A stretch of 61,264 bases of DNA, filler included, from Asterionella formosa (Eukaryota), in assembly GCA_002256025.1 (NCBI GenBank). It is 17 parts of 17 records of this genome, joined end to end, with 100 filler letters (N's around TTAATTAATTAA, not from the genome) between each part and the next. Parts side by side here need not be neighbours in the genome. Positions count along the whole stretch, not along the records: positions 21,709 to 25,223 come from NKIB01014089.1; positions 25,324 to 28,828 come from NKIB01014090.1; positions 28,929 to 32,442 come from NKIB01014091.1; positions 32,543 to 36,050 come from NKIB01014092.1; 13 more parts are not named here. One strand, written 5' to 3'. The position numbers were made by a program, and so were the translations under genes. This document shows positions 21,709 to 32,620 of the stretch, piece after piece. Every line of letters starts with the position of its first letter. Positions within the stretch are counted from its first letter, which is position 1. The notes under the pieces were generated by a model. The model was not told the origin of the DNA and made no database searches. It saw nothing but the letters and a program-made list of their open reading frames with translations.

Positions 21709-22692
21709 GGCGGCCAGGCTGAAAAGATCGTTTTCTCCGGCGTCGGCAAGAGCCGCGATGACATGCGCCGCGCCCTGGAAGTGGGCGTGCAGTGCTTCAA
21801 CGTCGAGTCCACCGACGAGCTGGAGCGCCTGCAACTGGTCGCGGCCGAACTGGGCGTACAGGCGCCGATCTCGCTACGGGTCAACCCGGACGTCGACGCC
21901 GGCACCCACCCGTACATCTCCACCGGCCTGAAAGAAAACAAGTTCGGCATCGCCATCAGCGATGCCGAAGCCGTGTATGCCCGCGCCGCTGCCCTGCCGA
22001 ACCTGCAGGTGCTGGGTGTCGATTGCCATATCGGCTCACAGTTGACCACCTTGCCGCCGTTCCTTGACGCCCTCGACCGCCTGCTGGCGCTGATTGACCG
22101 TTTGGCCGCCCGCGACATCCACATCCGTCACCTCGACCTCGGTGGCGGCCTGGGTGTGCAGTATCGCGACGAGCAACCGCCGCTGGCTGGCGACTACATC
22201 GCCGCCGTGCGCGAGCGAATTGCCGGTCGCGCCCTAGCCCTGGTGTTCGAGCCGGGCCGCTCGATCGTCGCCAACGCCGGTGTACTGCTGACCCGCGTCG
22301 AGTACCTCAAGCACACCGAACACAAAGACTTCGCCATTGTCGATGCGGCAATGAACGACCTGATCCGCCCAGCCCTTTACCAGGCCTGGATGGACGTGGT
22401 GGCCGTGCAGCCGCGCGACGCCGTGGCGCGCCCCTATGACATCGTTGGGCCGATCTGCGAGACCGGTGACTTCCTCGCCAAGGGCCGCGAACTGGCTCTG
22501 GAAGAAGGCGATTTGCTAGCGATTCGCTCGGCTGGCGCTTACGGCTTCGTCATGAGCTCCAACTACAACACCCGCGGCCGCGCCGCCGAGGTGCTGGTGG
22601 ACGGCGCGCAGAGCTTCGAAGTCCGCCGCCGCGAAAGCGTGCAGGAACTGTTCGCCGGCGAAAGCCTGCTGCCGCCTGCCGCGCAAGGATAA
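21709..22692 (+). CDS. lysA: Diaminopimelate decarboxylase (5'-truncated), bacterial
   Basis: [65 protein letters not shown]-rich Pseudomonas-type codon usage. Confidence 0.97.
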   Translation, partial: GGQAEKIVFSGVGKSRDDMRRALEVGVQCFNVESTDELERLQLVAAELGVQAPISLRVNPDVDAGTHPYISTGLKENKFGIAISDAEAVYARAAALPNLQVLGVDCHIGSQLTTLPPFLDALDRLLALIDRLAARDIHIRHLDLGGGLGVQYRDEQPPLAGDYIAAVRERIAGRALALVFEPGRSIVANAGVLLTRVEYLKHTEHKDFAIVDAAMNDLIRPALYQAWMDVVAVQPRDAVARPYDIVGPICETGDFLAKGRELALEEGDLLAIRSAGAYGFVMSSNYNTRGRAAEVLVDGAQSFEVRRRESVQELFAGESLLPPAAQG

Positions 22693-22696
22693 AGCC

Positions 22697-23527
22697 ATGT
22701 TATTGCGCTTTACCAAGATGCACGGCCTGGGCAACGACTTCATGGTCCTCGACCTGATCAGCCAGCACGCGCACATCCAGCCCAAGCACGCCAAACAGTG
22801 GGGCGACCGCCACACTGGCGTCGGCTTCGATCAGCTGCTGATCGTCGAGCCGCCGAGCAACCCGGATGTCGACTTCCGTTATCGCATCTTCAATTGCGAC
22901 GGCACCGAGGTGGAGCAATGCGGCAATGGCGCGCGCTGCTTCGCCCGCTATGTGCTGGACAAGCGCCTGACGGTAAAACGCCAGCTGCGGGTGGAAACCA
23001 AGGGCGGCATTATCGAGCTGGATATCCGTAATGACGGCCAGATCGGCGTCAACATGGGTCCGCCGCGCCTGCAACCGGCAGAGATTCCGTTCGTTGCCGA
23101 CGCCCAGGCGCTCAGCTATGACGTCGAGGTCGACGGCCAGCCCGTCGCCCTGGCCGCCGTGTCCATGGGCAACCCGCACGCGGTGCTGCGCGTCGACGAT
23201 GTCGACAGCGCGCCGGTACACAGCCTGGGGCCGAAGCTGGAACACCACCCGCGCTTTCCCAAGCGGGTGAATGTCGGCTTTATTCAGGTGCTTGATCGCC
23301 AGCATGCCAAGCTGCGCGTCTGGGAGCGCGGCGCCGGGGAAACCCAGGCCTGCGGCACCGGCGCCTGCGCGGCAGCGGTGGCGGCAATCAGCCAGGGCTG
23401 GATGGACTCGCCAGTGCAGATCGAACTGCCGGGCGGGCGTTTATCCATCGAGTGGGCAGGCCCCGGCCAGCCCGTTATGATGACCGGGCCGGCGATGCGC
23501 GTGTATGAAGGCCAGGTGCGGTTGTAA
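22697..23527 (+). CDS. dapF: Diaminopimelate epimerase, bacterial
   Basis: [40 protein letters not shown]. Confidence 0.98.
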   Translation: MLLRFTKMHGLGNDFMVLDLISQHAHIQPKHAKQWGDRHTGVGFDQLLIVEPPSNPDVDFRYRIFNCDGTEVEQCGNGARCFARYVLDKRLTVKRQLRVETKGGIIELDIRNDGQIGVNMGPPRLQPAEIPFVADAQALSYDVEVDGQPVALAAVSMGNPHAVLRVDDVDSAPVHSLGPKLEHHPRFPKRVNVGFIQVLDRQHAKLRVWERGAGETQACGTGACAAAVAAISQGWMDSPVQIELPGGRLSIEWAGPGQPVMMTGPAMRVYEGQVRL

Positions 23528-23641
23528 TACCGCCAGGCTCGGGTCTGTTCTCGCCACAACGCGGCTTGCGATGAGGCGGGAACAGCCCCTACCATCCGGT
23601 TTCGCTTTTTTCCTCGCCACGTCGATGACCGAGCAGCAGCC

Positions 23642-24358
23642 ATGACCGAACAACGCCAGGATCCGCCGCAATCCGCCGAGCTGCACGCGCTGACCGCCGA
23701 GCAGGTAGCCAGCTATCTGCACGCTCACCCGGAGTTCTTCGTCGAACGTGACGAGCTGCTCGGCGAAATGCGCATCCCGCATCAGCCGGGCGATGCTGTG
23801 TCACTGGTGGAACGGCAGGTACGCCTGCTGCGCGAGCGCAACATCGAGATGCGCCATCGCCTGTCGCAGCTGATGGACGTAGCCCGCGACAACGATCGCC
23901 TGTTCGACAAGACCCGTCGCCTGGTGCTCGACCTGCTCGATGCTGCCAGCCTGGAAGAAGTGGTCAGCGCCGTGGAAGACAGCCTGCGCCGTGAGTTCCA
24001 GGTGCCCTTCGTCAGCCTTATCCTGTTCAGCGAAACCCCCATGCCGGTTGGCCGCTGGGTCAGCAGCGCTGAGGCACACCAGGCCATCGGAGGCTTATTG
24101 GCCGGCGGCAAGACCTTGTGCGGCGTGCTGCGCAGCCACGAGCTGGCGTTCCTGTTCGGTGATGAGGAGCGCGACAGCGTAGGCTCGGCGGCCGTGGTCG
24201 CGCTGTCGTTCCAAGGCCTGCACGGCGTATTGGCCATCGGCAGCCCTGATCCGCAGCACTACAAGAGCTCCCTAGGCACCCTGTTCCTCAGCTACATCGC
24301 CGAAGTGCTGGCGCGCGTGCTGCCGCGCTTCGCCACGCCACTGCGCTCCGTTCGCTAA
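23642..24358 (+). CDS. DUF484 family (YigA-like) protein, bacterial
   Basis: VASYL..HPEFF, AVSLVERQV..LRERN, GSPDPQHY...GTLFL. It sits at the conserved position between dapF and xerC. Confidence 0.92.
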   Translation: MTEQRQDPPQSAELHALTAEQVASYLHAHPEFFVERDELLGEMRIPHQPGDAVSLVERQVRLLRERNIEMRHRLSQLMDVARDNDRLFDKTRRLVLDLLDAASLEEVVSAVEDSLRREFQVPFVSLILFSETPMPVGRWVSSAEAHQAIGGLLAGGKTLCGVLRSHELAFLFGDEERDSVGSAAVVALSFQGLHGVLAIGSPDPQHYKSSLGTLFLSYIAEVLARVLPRFATPLRSVR

Positions 24359-24414
24359 ATTCTGTCGCGCGCCGCTGACCGCTTTCGGGCCGTCAGCTAG
24401 AGGTCAGGCCCACC

Positions 24415-25223
24415 ATGCACAGCCCGCTCGACGCCTACCTCGAACAATTGCGCTGCGAACGCCAGGTGTCACCGCACACCTTCAGCGCCTATCGCCTGGA
24501 CCTGCGTAAGCTCCTCGACTATTGCCAGCAAGAGCAGCTCGCCGACTGGCGCGCACTCGACACGCCACGCCTGCGCCGCCTGATCGCCCGCCTGCACCAG
24601 CAGGGCCTGAGCGGCAAAAGCCTGGCGCGCCTACTCTCGGCGGTGCGCGGTTTCTACCAGTACCTCAATCGCCAAGGCCTGTGCAGCCACGATCCGGCCA
24701 ATGGCCTGCCGCCGCCGAAAGGTGAGCGACGCCTGCCCAAGACCCTGGATGCCGACCGCGCCAAACAGCTGCTGGATGGCAACGTCGAAGACGACTTCCT
24801 CGGCCACCGCGACCAGGCCCTGCTGGAACTCTGCTACTCCAGCGGCCTGCGCCTGGCCGAACTGGTGAACTTGAACACCGACCAGCTGGACCTCGCCGAC
24901 GGCCTGGTGAACGTGTGCGGCAAGGGCAATAAAATGCGCGTGGTGCCAGTAGGCAGCAAAGCCCGCGAGGCGCTAGAGCTCTGGTTGCCGTTGCGCGCCC
25001 TGGCCAACCCGCTGGATGACGCGCTGTTTATCAGCCAGCAGGGCCGACGCCTGGGGCCACGCGCCATCCAGCTGCGCATGCGCCAAGCCGGCGTGCGCGA
25101 ACTGGGCCAGCACCTGCACCCGCACATGCTCCGCCACAGCTTTGCCAGCCATCTGCTGGAATCCTCCCAGGACCTGCGCGCCGTACAGGAACTGCTTGGT
25201 CATGCCGACATCGCCACCACGCA
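24415..25223 (+). CDS. xerC: Tyrosine recombinase XerC (3'-truncated), bacterial
   Basis: [43 protein letters not shown]...[12 protein letters not shown]; lysA-dapF-DUF484-xerC synteny. Confidence 0.96.
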
Positions 25224-25323
25224 NNNNNNNNNNNNNNNNNNNNNNNNNNNNNNNNNNNNNNNNNNNNTTAATTAATTAANNNNNNNNNNNNNNNNNNNNN
25301 NNNNNNNNNNNNNNNNNNNNNNN

Positions 25324-25959
25324 ATTGCTGAACAAGAAGGTATTACTACGATTCTGTGGGCAATGAAGAATCATCCAAAGAATGCTAATGTACAACACTA
25401 TGGTTGTGGAGCACTTAGGAACTTGGCTGTAAATGACAGCAACCAGGAGATGATTGCTGATGCAGGAGGTATCATTACAATTCTGTCTGCAATGAAGAAT
25501 CATTCCTCCAATGCCTATGTGCAACACTATGGTTGTGCAGCACTTTGGAGCTTGGCTTTGAATGATGAAAACAAGATCACAATCGCTGGAGCAGGAGGTA
25601 TCACTACAATTCTGTCTGCAATGAATAAATCCTCCAACACTGATGTGCAACACTATGGTTGTGGAGCACTTAGGAACTTGGCTGTAAATGACAGCAACCA
25701 GGTGACAATTGCTGAAGAAGGAGGTATCACTACAATTCTGTCTGCAATGAAGACCCATTACTCCAATGCCTATGTGCAACACTATGGTTGTGCAGCACTT
25801 TCGAACTTGGTAAATAATAATGACAACAACAGGATGATGATTGGTGATGCAGGAGGTATTGATGCAATTCAGTCAGCAATGGAGAATCATTCATTGAATG
25901 CTATGGTGCAACAATTTGGTTGTGGAGCACTTAAGAACTTAACCAGGTTAGAGAGATAA
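25324..25959 (+). CDS. Armadillo-repeat protein C-terminal part (5'-truncated)
   Basis: About five ~42-aa repeats GGI..ILSAMKNH....VQHYGC(G/A)AL.NLA. Confidence 0.9.
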   Translation: MAEQEGITTILWAMKNHPKNANVQHYGCGALRNLAVNDSNQEMIADAGGIITILSAMKNHSSNAYVQHYGCAALWSLALNDENKITIAGAGGITTILSAMNKSSNTDVQHYGCGALRNLAVNDSNQVTIAEEGGITTILSAMKTHYSNAYVQHYGCAALSNLVNNNDNNRMMIGDAGGIDAIQSAMENHSLNAMVQQFGCGALKNLTRLER

Positions 25960-25974
25960 ATAAAATTTTATTGT

Positions 25975-26990
25975 TTGTTATACCTAAACTTATAATTGCG
26001 CTTGGGCCATGGAGACACACAGATGCTAGTATTACGCGAGCTCGTGCCATAAACCAACCCTTGGCCGATGTCCCTCCAACCTTTTGATCTGATGGGCAAG
26101 GTGGAGCCAAGCTCCTTCTCCCAGAGTAATCCCACCTTCTTTCTGCCAACTCTGAATTGAGATATTCACTGTTTTCACCAATAGTAGTTTTTGTCCCACT
26201 GTATGATGTTTCTGTCAAACCAGTCTTGGGAGTAGAAACAATGCCGAATCACATGGATTAATCATCTCTTTCATATCATATAGATCAGTAATCAAAGTAT
26301 CCAGGTCCAGGCGTAAATGTATTTCTTGCTCTTCTTCTGTGTTGCCATACAAATACTGATTTCTTACCCTCCAGCACTCAAGCCCATGTTGCCATAATAT
26401 GTTCACCAGGTTTGCTGTCCACTGTTCTGCCCCAGACACCTCCTCTGCTAACCCTTTGATTTTACAGTACAGCAAGTTCGCGATTCCCCATTGACGACTA
26501 CTCCTTCCCTGGATTGCTTGATTCCATCTGATGGCTTGTTGATTCAAGAAGGCTTGGAATGTGGCCTGTCCAATTTCATCATCACTGTTCGGAATTTTAC
26601 CTTCCCACCACAGTCCCCGTTGCTAACCATTTTTGAAGTCCTTTGTCGAAGGTGTTAATCACGTAGGGGCAAGTAGAGACTCCTCGAAGTGGAGCCATCA
26701 ATTTTGTCCAAATCTTGATTCTTTCCTGGTTATTGTGTGGGCATCTGACAGTGTGGTCGAAATCTTTGTTAAATTTTCCACACCGTGGGCATCTGCCATC
26801 GTTCAATTTCTCAAATTGTCGTCATCTCTTCATTGTTGCAAATAAGTCAAATTCAAGTTTGAAAATTGTTGTCTGTTGTTCACCCTTGATCGTCTTTCCC
26901 GCGCGAGCCCTGGCTTCCCAGTCCATCATACCAAATATTTTTGCAGAATCCCTGCCAGCGCGTTTCATTATATATTCTTCTAGATCAGTT
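25975..26990 (-). mobile_element. 3' portion of a degenerate non-LTR retrotransposon (Ambal-like)
   Basis: Zinc-finger-like CPRCG...DHTVRC, followed by Q..I.W...IQGR.S.QW and W..RN..LYG blocks typical of LINE ORF2 C-termini. Frames are broken. Confidence 0.7.
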
Positions 26991-27007
26991 CTATATGACG
27001 CTTCTTT

Positions 27008-27350
27008 GATGACTATTGAAAAAGAATTACTTTCTGTGGTAGAAACTTTTAAAGAATTTCGCTCTATGTTATTGAGTGCAGTTCTACATGTTCACACTGA
27101 TCATCGAAATCTTATTTATAATACTTAACATACTCAACGTGTTCTACGATGGAGACTTTACATTGAAGAATACCATCCTACTTTTCACTACGTGAAAGGG
27201 AATGACAATGCTATTGCAGATTCCATCTCTCACCTCCCGAGGCTTGAGTCTTGGGTGGGGGATGATGATATTGATATTAGACCGAAATCTCCAACATCAA
27301 CTTCCACTTCTACTTTTTCAATTGAATTAGATGATGAACCTTTGATTACA
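27008..27350 (+). mobile_element. Ty3/Gypsy RNase H fragment
   Basis: TIEKELLSVVE..KEFRSML...VHTDHRNL...RVLRWRLYIEEY...YVKGNDNAIADSIS, with an in-frame stop at 27126-27128. Confidence 0.85.
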
Positions 27351-28519
27351 CCTGCACATCGATACAGATGTTTATAGGGTTAGGGTTAGAGCTCGACTAA
27401 CACCTATTGTAAACTCCGATGTCAACTTGGGAAAACAAGTTGTACATACGATTAATTAGCTCATATATTCAACAAATACTACTACTTCTAGTTAGATACT
27501 TCACCTGGTACCAACACGGGTCGATGGATTGGGACGATCAGAGTAACCAGGATGGGTCATTCACACCATCCAGAAAGGACGTCTGTACCGGTTCTGACGT
27601 AACTGTTTTGCGATGCTGGCGCTGGTTCACATAGTAATGATCCTTATCAATTTTTTCAGAATGACATTAGACATCAATCAATTTAAGGTTGCTGCATTTG
27701 AACCCCTAGGCAAAAATTAAAATATTGCTTAGGGTTGCGAATATTCCCTGGAATTAAGAATTTAATTAGCTATTTTTGAATGACATGATTCCATTTGAAA
27801 TATTTGAATCAGTGGAAATTTGCAAATACGTACATAGATTCCTTGTCAAAATCGCTAAATATATATATTGACACTCTTAGTCGCTGAATGTATATATATG
27901 CTAAAAATACGATCAACATGTATGCATGGACACTCTATACTCCGATTAACGATTTTATATGCTATGCATTGAATCCGTTCGACATATTCAAATCGTTTAA
28001 TATATGCATATATATATATATAAATTTAGGTTCTACATCGCTTCATGTTCATACACCAGTACCACAATGTATACACCTATCGACGAATATGGGTCATGTA
28101 TACGACCCGGCGGCTTGGCAAATATTTGAAAGTGCACCCAAGGAGCGGTACGCGTACCGGTATGTCCAATGATGATTGTTGGTACCATATACCGGTTACT
28201 CCGTATATCCTACCAAGATTCCTGTAAGTGCTTAATTCCCGTGAGTACTGGTCCCTCTACAGCTAGTTAAATACTACTTTAGAATCTCAGTTCCTTGTTA
28301 ATGTAGCTGCCGCTGGCACCCGTTGCAAGCGTTTCTCCCTCTCAACACACACAGGTTACTGATCCCTTACCAGACTTCCCTCCATCATGCGATCTCCATC
28401 GCCTCATGATGCCAATGACACTGATGCAGCTGCATTCAGTAACGAGTTGGCTGCATGGCAATAACACAATGCTGGTGCATTATTTCCCCATCCCCATGGT
28501 GAACTTTTGGTGGCAACGC

Positions 28520-28571
28520 TTAACCCTAACCCTAAAACCCTAACCAGAACCCTAACCAGAACCCTAACCCT
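28520..28571. repeat. Interstitial telomere-like (CCCTAA) repeats
   Basis: TAACCCTAACCCTAAAACCCTAACCAGAACCCTAACCAGAACCCTAACCC. A short TAGGGTTAGGGTTAG is also present at about 27375-27389. Confidence 0.6.
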
Positions 28572-29177
28572 ACCTGCCATCACCAGTTCTCCACTTATGC
28601 TCACCTTCCGCATTTTGTCCCGCCCTCATCATCCGAGTTCGCTATGGACCCCCGCACGTCAGCACCTCCTCTTCGCTATTCAGCCCCGTATTCTATGAGT
28701 CCCTACCCACCACCCCATATTTCACCCCGGGCTCTGCCTTCGGCTTCCCCGGCATCCTATCTACACCTTTCTGACCATGCCTCTGCCTGGTCTGCCCTTT
28801 CCGGCCCTTCCTCCCACTCCCACAGCTCNNNNNNNNNNNNNNNNNNNNNNNNNNNNNNNNNNNNNNNNNNNNTTAATTAATTAANNNNNNNNNNNNNNNN
28901 NNNNNNNNNNNNNNNNNNNNNNNNNNNNAATAGGTTTTCAATGTTAACAGAAAGGGCAATGTAGTGGCGAAAAGCGCGCCGATAGCTAGTTTGTGAATTG
29001 GCTAGTGAAGACCCTCCGGCGCAACTCGTTCGGTCAACCTACTCGCGCCTCCCAAGCCTCGAACACAAGAATACTCTCAGGCAGTCTCCACCCTCGGTCG
29101 TGTCTTACCTTCAGGAGCTACCGGTATGTCAGGTGATTGGATGACTACATTATCATATACAAATTGAACCATCTTCA

Positions 29178-30659
29178 ATGTGCAGCCAAGACGATAAACT
29201 TACTCGTTCATCTGATGATCTGACCATTGATAACTTGGATGAGGAAACTTTGGACCAGGCTCTGGCTCTGCCGCACCCGACGGAGGAAACAGTGGACCGA
29301 GTAGAATGGAACGCGGAGGCAGAAGGCTACACTCCATTGGCGGACGCGAACATGAATGCCTTTGCAGGAGGCATGTTCATGACCATGCCTCCGGCGGAAG
29401 AAGGCGACACTGGAGTCTTTTTCGCGGACATGAGCGCGTTTCCAAGTTCGCCATACGCCACTATTACCCAATATGACGACGATGACAGTGATGGTTGTGC
29501 TTCCCTTGAAGAGCAAACGAATGATATTGATATATCATTGGCAGAGCAAGCGCTCAGGGCACTGGATGAAGACTACTCCATGACTTTAAGCGGTCACATA
29601 CCAGAAAATCTAGAAAATGCACAAGCCAAAGGCAGCGAAGGATTGAATAGTGCACAGCTGAACGTAGCTGGGGCAAATGGCAACGACGAGGAAGCAAAGG
29701 TGAATTTTGATGATGCTGAATTCGGTGCGTCTAGAAAAATGTCATCTGAGTTAGAATTACTGCAACCGAAAAAACTACCAAAGAAGGACCTCCCGCCCAT
29801 TGATACCGATGCCGTGAGGCGTGCAGTCGCAGCCATTCAGCTTAGAGACCCAAAACTCAAATCTAATCTCGATAAGTGGCAAAACGAGCACTGCTACGTA
29901 CTGGCTCCGAAAGAACACCCCATAATTCCACCTTTACCGTTGTCAGCCTTCCGGAAGCGAACAGCTAAAGCCAAATTAGCAACTGCCAATCTTTCCCGGG
30001 CTGCAACTATCGCCGATGCTTTGAACCGAATATGTTGCCTGAAAGGACAAGAAGTTCTCTCCATCCATGTGATTGGAGCGGATCACGTTGAATGTGCATC
30101 AAATGACATTTTGCGCACCTTGTTTGGCCCGTTGGTGCGTTGGATCGGAGCCATGGACAACCATGCTCCACGATCAATTGAAATTCATCTCATAGGACCC
30201 AATCTGACAAACGAGATGGTTACAGCACCCGTGAATCTCATGCCCTCATCTAAGCTCAAAAATTCATCCCCACTCGTTTCAGCATACGCCACTTGTCATA
30301 TCGGGGCCTATCACGAGTGGGTATCAGGAACAAAACCTTGGAAAGTCCCAGATTTGCTGGTTGCGTTTAACGCTGGTATTTGGGGCTATAACGATTGGAA
30401 ACCAACACTGGAGGCCCTATGTCGCATGCCTTGGCCTGCAATATTGGTTGTTACATCGTACACATTGGAAGAAGGAGAAGATGATGCAGATGTAATTGGT
30501 GGAATTTTTGCAGCATTTAATAGCTCCAAACGGAATCATTGCCTTTGGTCTGTTGACACCAACCCTTACAGTTCCAGGATGAAGAGGGAGACAGCGACTG
30601 CAATCGAGGGACGAGAGTATAGAGAAAATGCGGCTTGGCAAGCCTGGAGATTCGATTAA
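29178..30659 (+). CDS. Protein with acidic N-terminus and MSS51-C-terminal-like domain
   Basis: Intact 493-aa ORF with IHVIGA..E, LIGP, PDLLVAFNAGIWGY..W.PTL, VTSYT..E...D and NPY.S motifs. No MYND finger seen. Confidence 0.75.
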   Translation: MCSQDDKLTRSSDDLTIDNLDEETLDQALALPHPTEETVDRVEWNAEAEGYTPLADANMNAFAGGMFMTMPPAEEGDTGVFFADMSAFPSSPYATITQYDDDDSDGCASLEEQTNDIDISLAEQALRALDEDYSMTLSGHIPENLENAQAKGSEGLNSAQLNVAGANGNDEEAKVNFDDAEFGASRKMSSELELLQPKKLPKKDLPPIDTDAVRRAVAAIQLRDPKLKSNLDKWQNEHCYVLAPKEHPIIPPLPLSAFRKRTAKAKLATANLSRAATIADALNRICCLKGQEVLSIHVIGADHVECASNDILRTLFGPLVRWIGAMDNHAPRSIEIHLIGPNLTNEMVTAPVNLMPSSKLKNSSPLVSAYATCHIGAYHEWVSGTKPWKVPDLLVAFNAGIWGYNDWKPTLEALCRMPWPAILVVTSYTLEEGEDDADVIGGIFAAFNSSKRNHCLWSVDTNPYSSRMKRETATAIEGREYRENAAWQAWRFD

Positions 30660-30769
30660 ATCCCCGAGAAGTACATATATATAGTTGAGTAATAGCACTC
30701 GTTCTCTTCTTGGTCTCAACCGTTTTGATGCTACTGTCTCCCACTACCCTCAGCCGACTGATTTGCGAC

Positions 30770-31651
30770 TCATTTCAGCTCACTTAATAAGGAGGTGAAA
30801 CTGCCGTGACCCACAATGGAATACTGGTCATCGGGTTCAGGCTCTTGACCTGTCATTTCATCTATGCCATCCCCGGAACTAATGAGCCACCACCTGAAGG
30901 ACCAAATTGGAATCTCGTGAATACAATTCGCGACAGCAACCGTATTAGGTCCAATACAAATCGCAGCAACTGCGCACCCCAGGCTACAAAAGGATAAATC
31001 CACCAAGCTTCTGAAATGTTTTTGATAATCACTGTATTCACAAAGAGAGTATTCGACAAGAAGGCGCCAATCAAGGAGCATATCCCGCCCTTTTGTAACG
31101 TGGTTGACTTCATCAAAGTGGCAAAATGAAACTTTAGAAAGGTCAAACGACCAATGATGAGCATGCTAATTAAGGAGACATAAGAACAATCTATAGCTCC
31201 TTTTCTGTTTCCATGCCGTTGACATAATCATGGATAGCTGCCCCCATAATACCACATCCCAAAACCACCAAAGTAATGGAGATGAAATAGACGCACGCTT
31301 TTCTCTGCCAGCCAGCTTCGCTTCAAGTTCTGGGTCTCTTTCCGGGCAATGAAATCGCCAGAGGCCTACCGACGACGACGACAAATCTGCGCAATTTACT
31401 AGGCTATAACAGAACATCAACAACGATACGGTGACCTTGACACGATGAACTACACTAATAGGCGAGTGAGAATGTTGTGTCTGCAGCGAATACTTTTAAG
31501 AAAACAAAGTAGTGCATTGCCTTTATTTAGCGCAGTACTCTAGTACAGCATAAATAGTAAACCCAGCACCGGCAGCAGACGAAGTCACGAGGCCACTAAT
31601 CAGATAGAGTTCATAAGCGTGTCTAGATTTGGGCTCATCCCACCAGCCCAT
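30770..31651 (-). pseudogene. TMEM163-like / cation-efflux (CDF) membrane protein, frameshifted
   Basis: Pieces in different frames: MGWWDEPKS..., D.SSS.VGLWRF...REKRASI, KFHFA....S..L.K.G.CS.IG, WW.YP.VA, PIWSFRWW..S.GDG.DE.TG. Several frameshifts are needed, and a probable intron lies near 31430-31540. Confidence 0.6.
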
Positions 31652-32181
31652 GTCTTTTCTTGCTGCAGAAGCGTATTTGTGGTTGGAGTAGACTAGTCTA
31701 TGGCATCGGAGCAATCATGAGAAAGTTGATGAAAGATCCTATAGACAAACGAGAAAGGTCTCTTGGTCTAAGTTCTACTTATGGCAGACCATAAAAAGAA
31801 TACACGACACAACGGTTCAACGATCGCTGATGGATTGATGTGTCGCATTTTTATCAGGGTCGATACAAGAAAGCAAATGATGTAGGGTAGCAGTACTCCA
31901 GTTTGTCGTATTATTCAGTATTCCACCGTTATTCATAACGATTCTACAGCGCTACCCGGAGTACGGTAGTCTACCTGGTAAATGCAAGATGAGGACTATG
32001 ATACCAGGCACGAGGTTATTTCGGCATCGCTCGCTCTTCATTTTTATTCTAGGAGACCCATTTGATGATACATACATGATGTGTTCATCGTAGTAATAGG
32101 CCCGTCCTGGTACTGGTACCAGGTACCCTGCTGGTTGCTGCACAACAAAAACAAAAAAGCACAAAGCAACATGGTGATACT

Positions 32182-32442
32182 GGGCGCGCTCTGATAATAA
32201 AAAATTATTATATCATGTGTATTATAACACAAATCGTTGTACCCATAACCCCAAAATTTGTGTTTGTGTTGACCAAATTTGGTAAACCTGGTAAGCACCT
32301 CAAACACAAATTTTTTACAGTTATAAATAACAGTGCATTATATAAAAAGATGTTTAGACATGAATGACTATATAGAATTTCCCGGAATATTTCAAGACTT
32401 GCTTGCTCATACTCAAAATGGCTTGCTCTTGCCAAAATAGCT
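32182..32442 (+). mobile_element. Terminal region of PIF/Harbinger-type element, copy 2
   Basis: ACT|GGGCGCGCTCTGATAATAA...; reverse-complement copy of 15300-15557. Confidence 0.7.
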
Positions 32443-32620
32443 NNNNNNNNNNNNNNNNNNNNNNNNNNNNNNNNNNNNNNNNNNNNTTAATTAATTAANN
32501 NNNNNNNNNNNNNNNNNNNNNNNNNNNNNNNNNNNNNNNNNNCCATGCATTCTCCTATTTTATTGATGGCAGACATGCAGGATAGCTCAGATCGATTAGC
32601 AATCTATTGACTTTCCCTAA

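Noticed and set aside
21657..25279. Many overlapping alternative-frame and antisense ORFs in the bacterial contig
   Set aside because: Shadow ORFs expected in GC-rich DNA overlapping well-supported genes.
21709..25959. XerC next to eukaryotic ARM/DnaJ genes read as an integrated island or novel system
   Set aside because: The genes are separated by linkers, and xerC sits in its normal chromosomal operon context.
28520..28571. True chromosome end
   Set aside because: Short, degenerate and internal to the contig.
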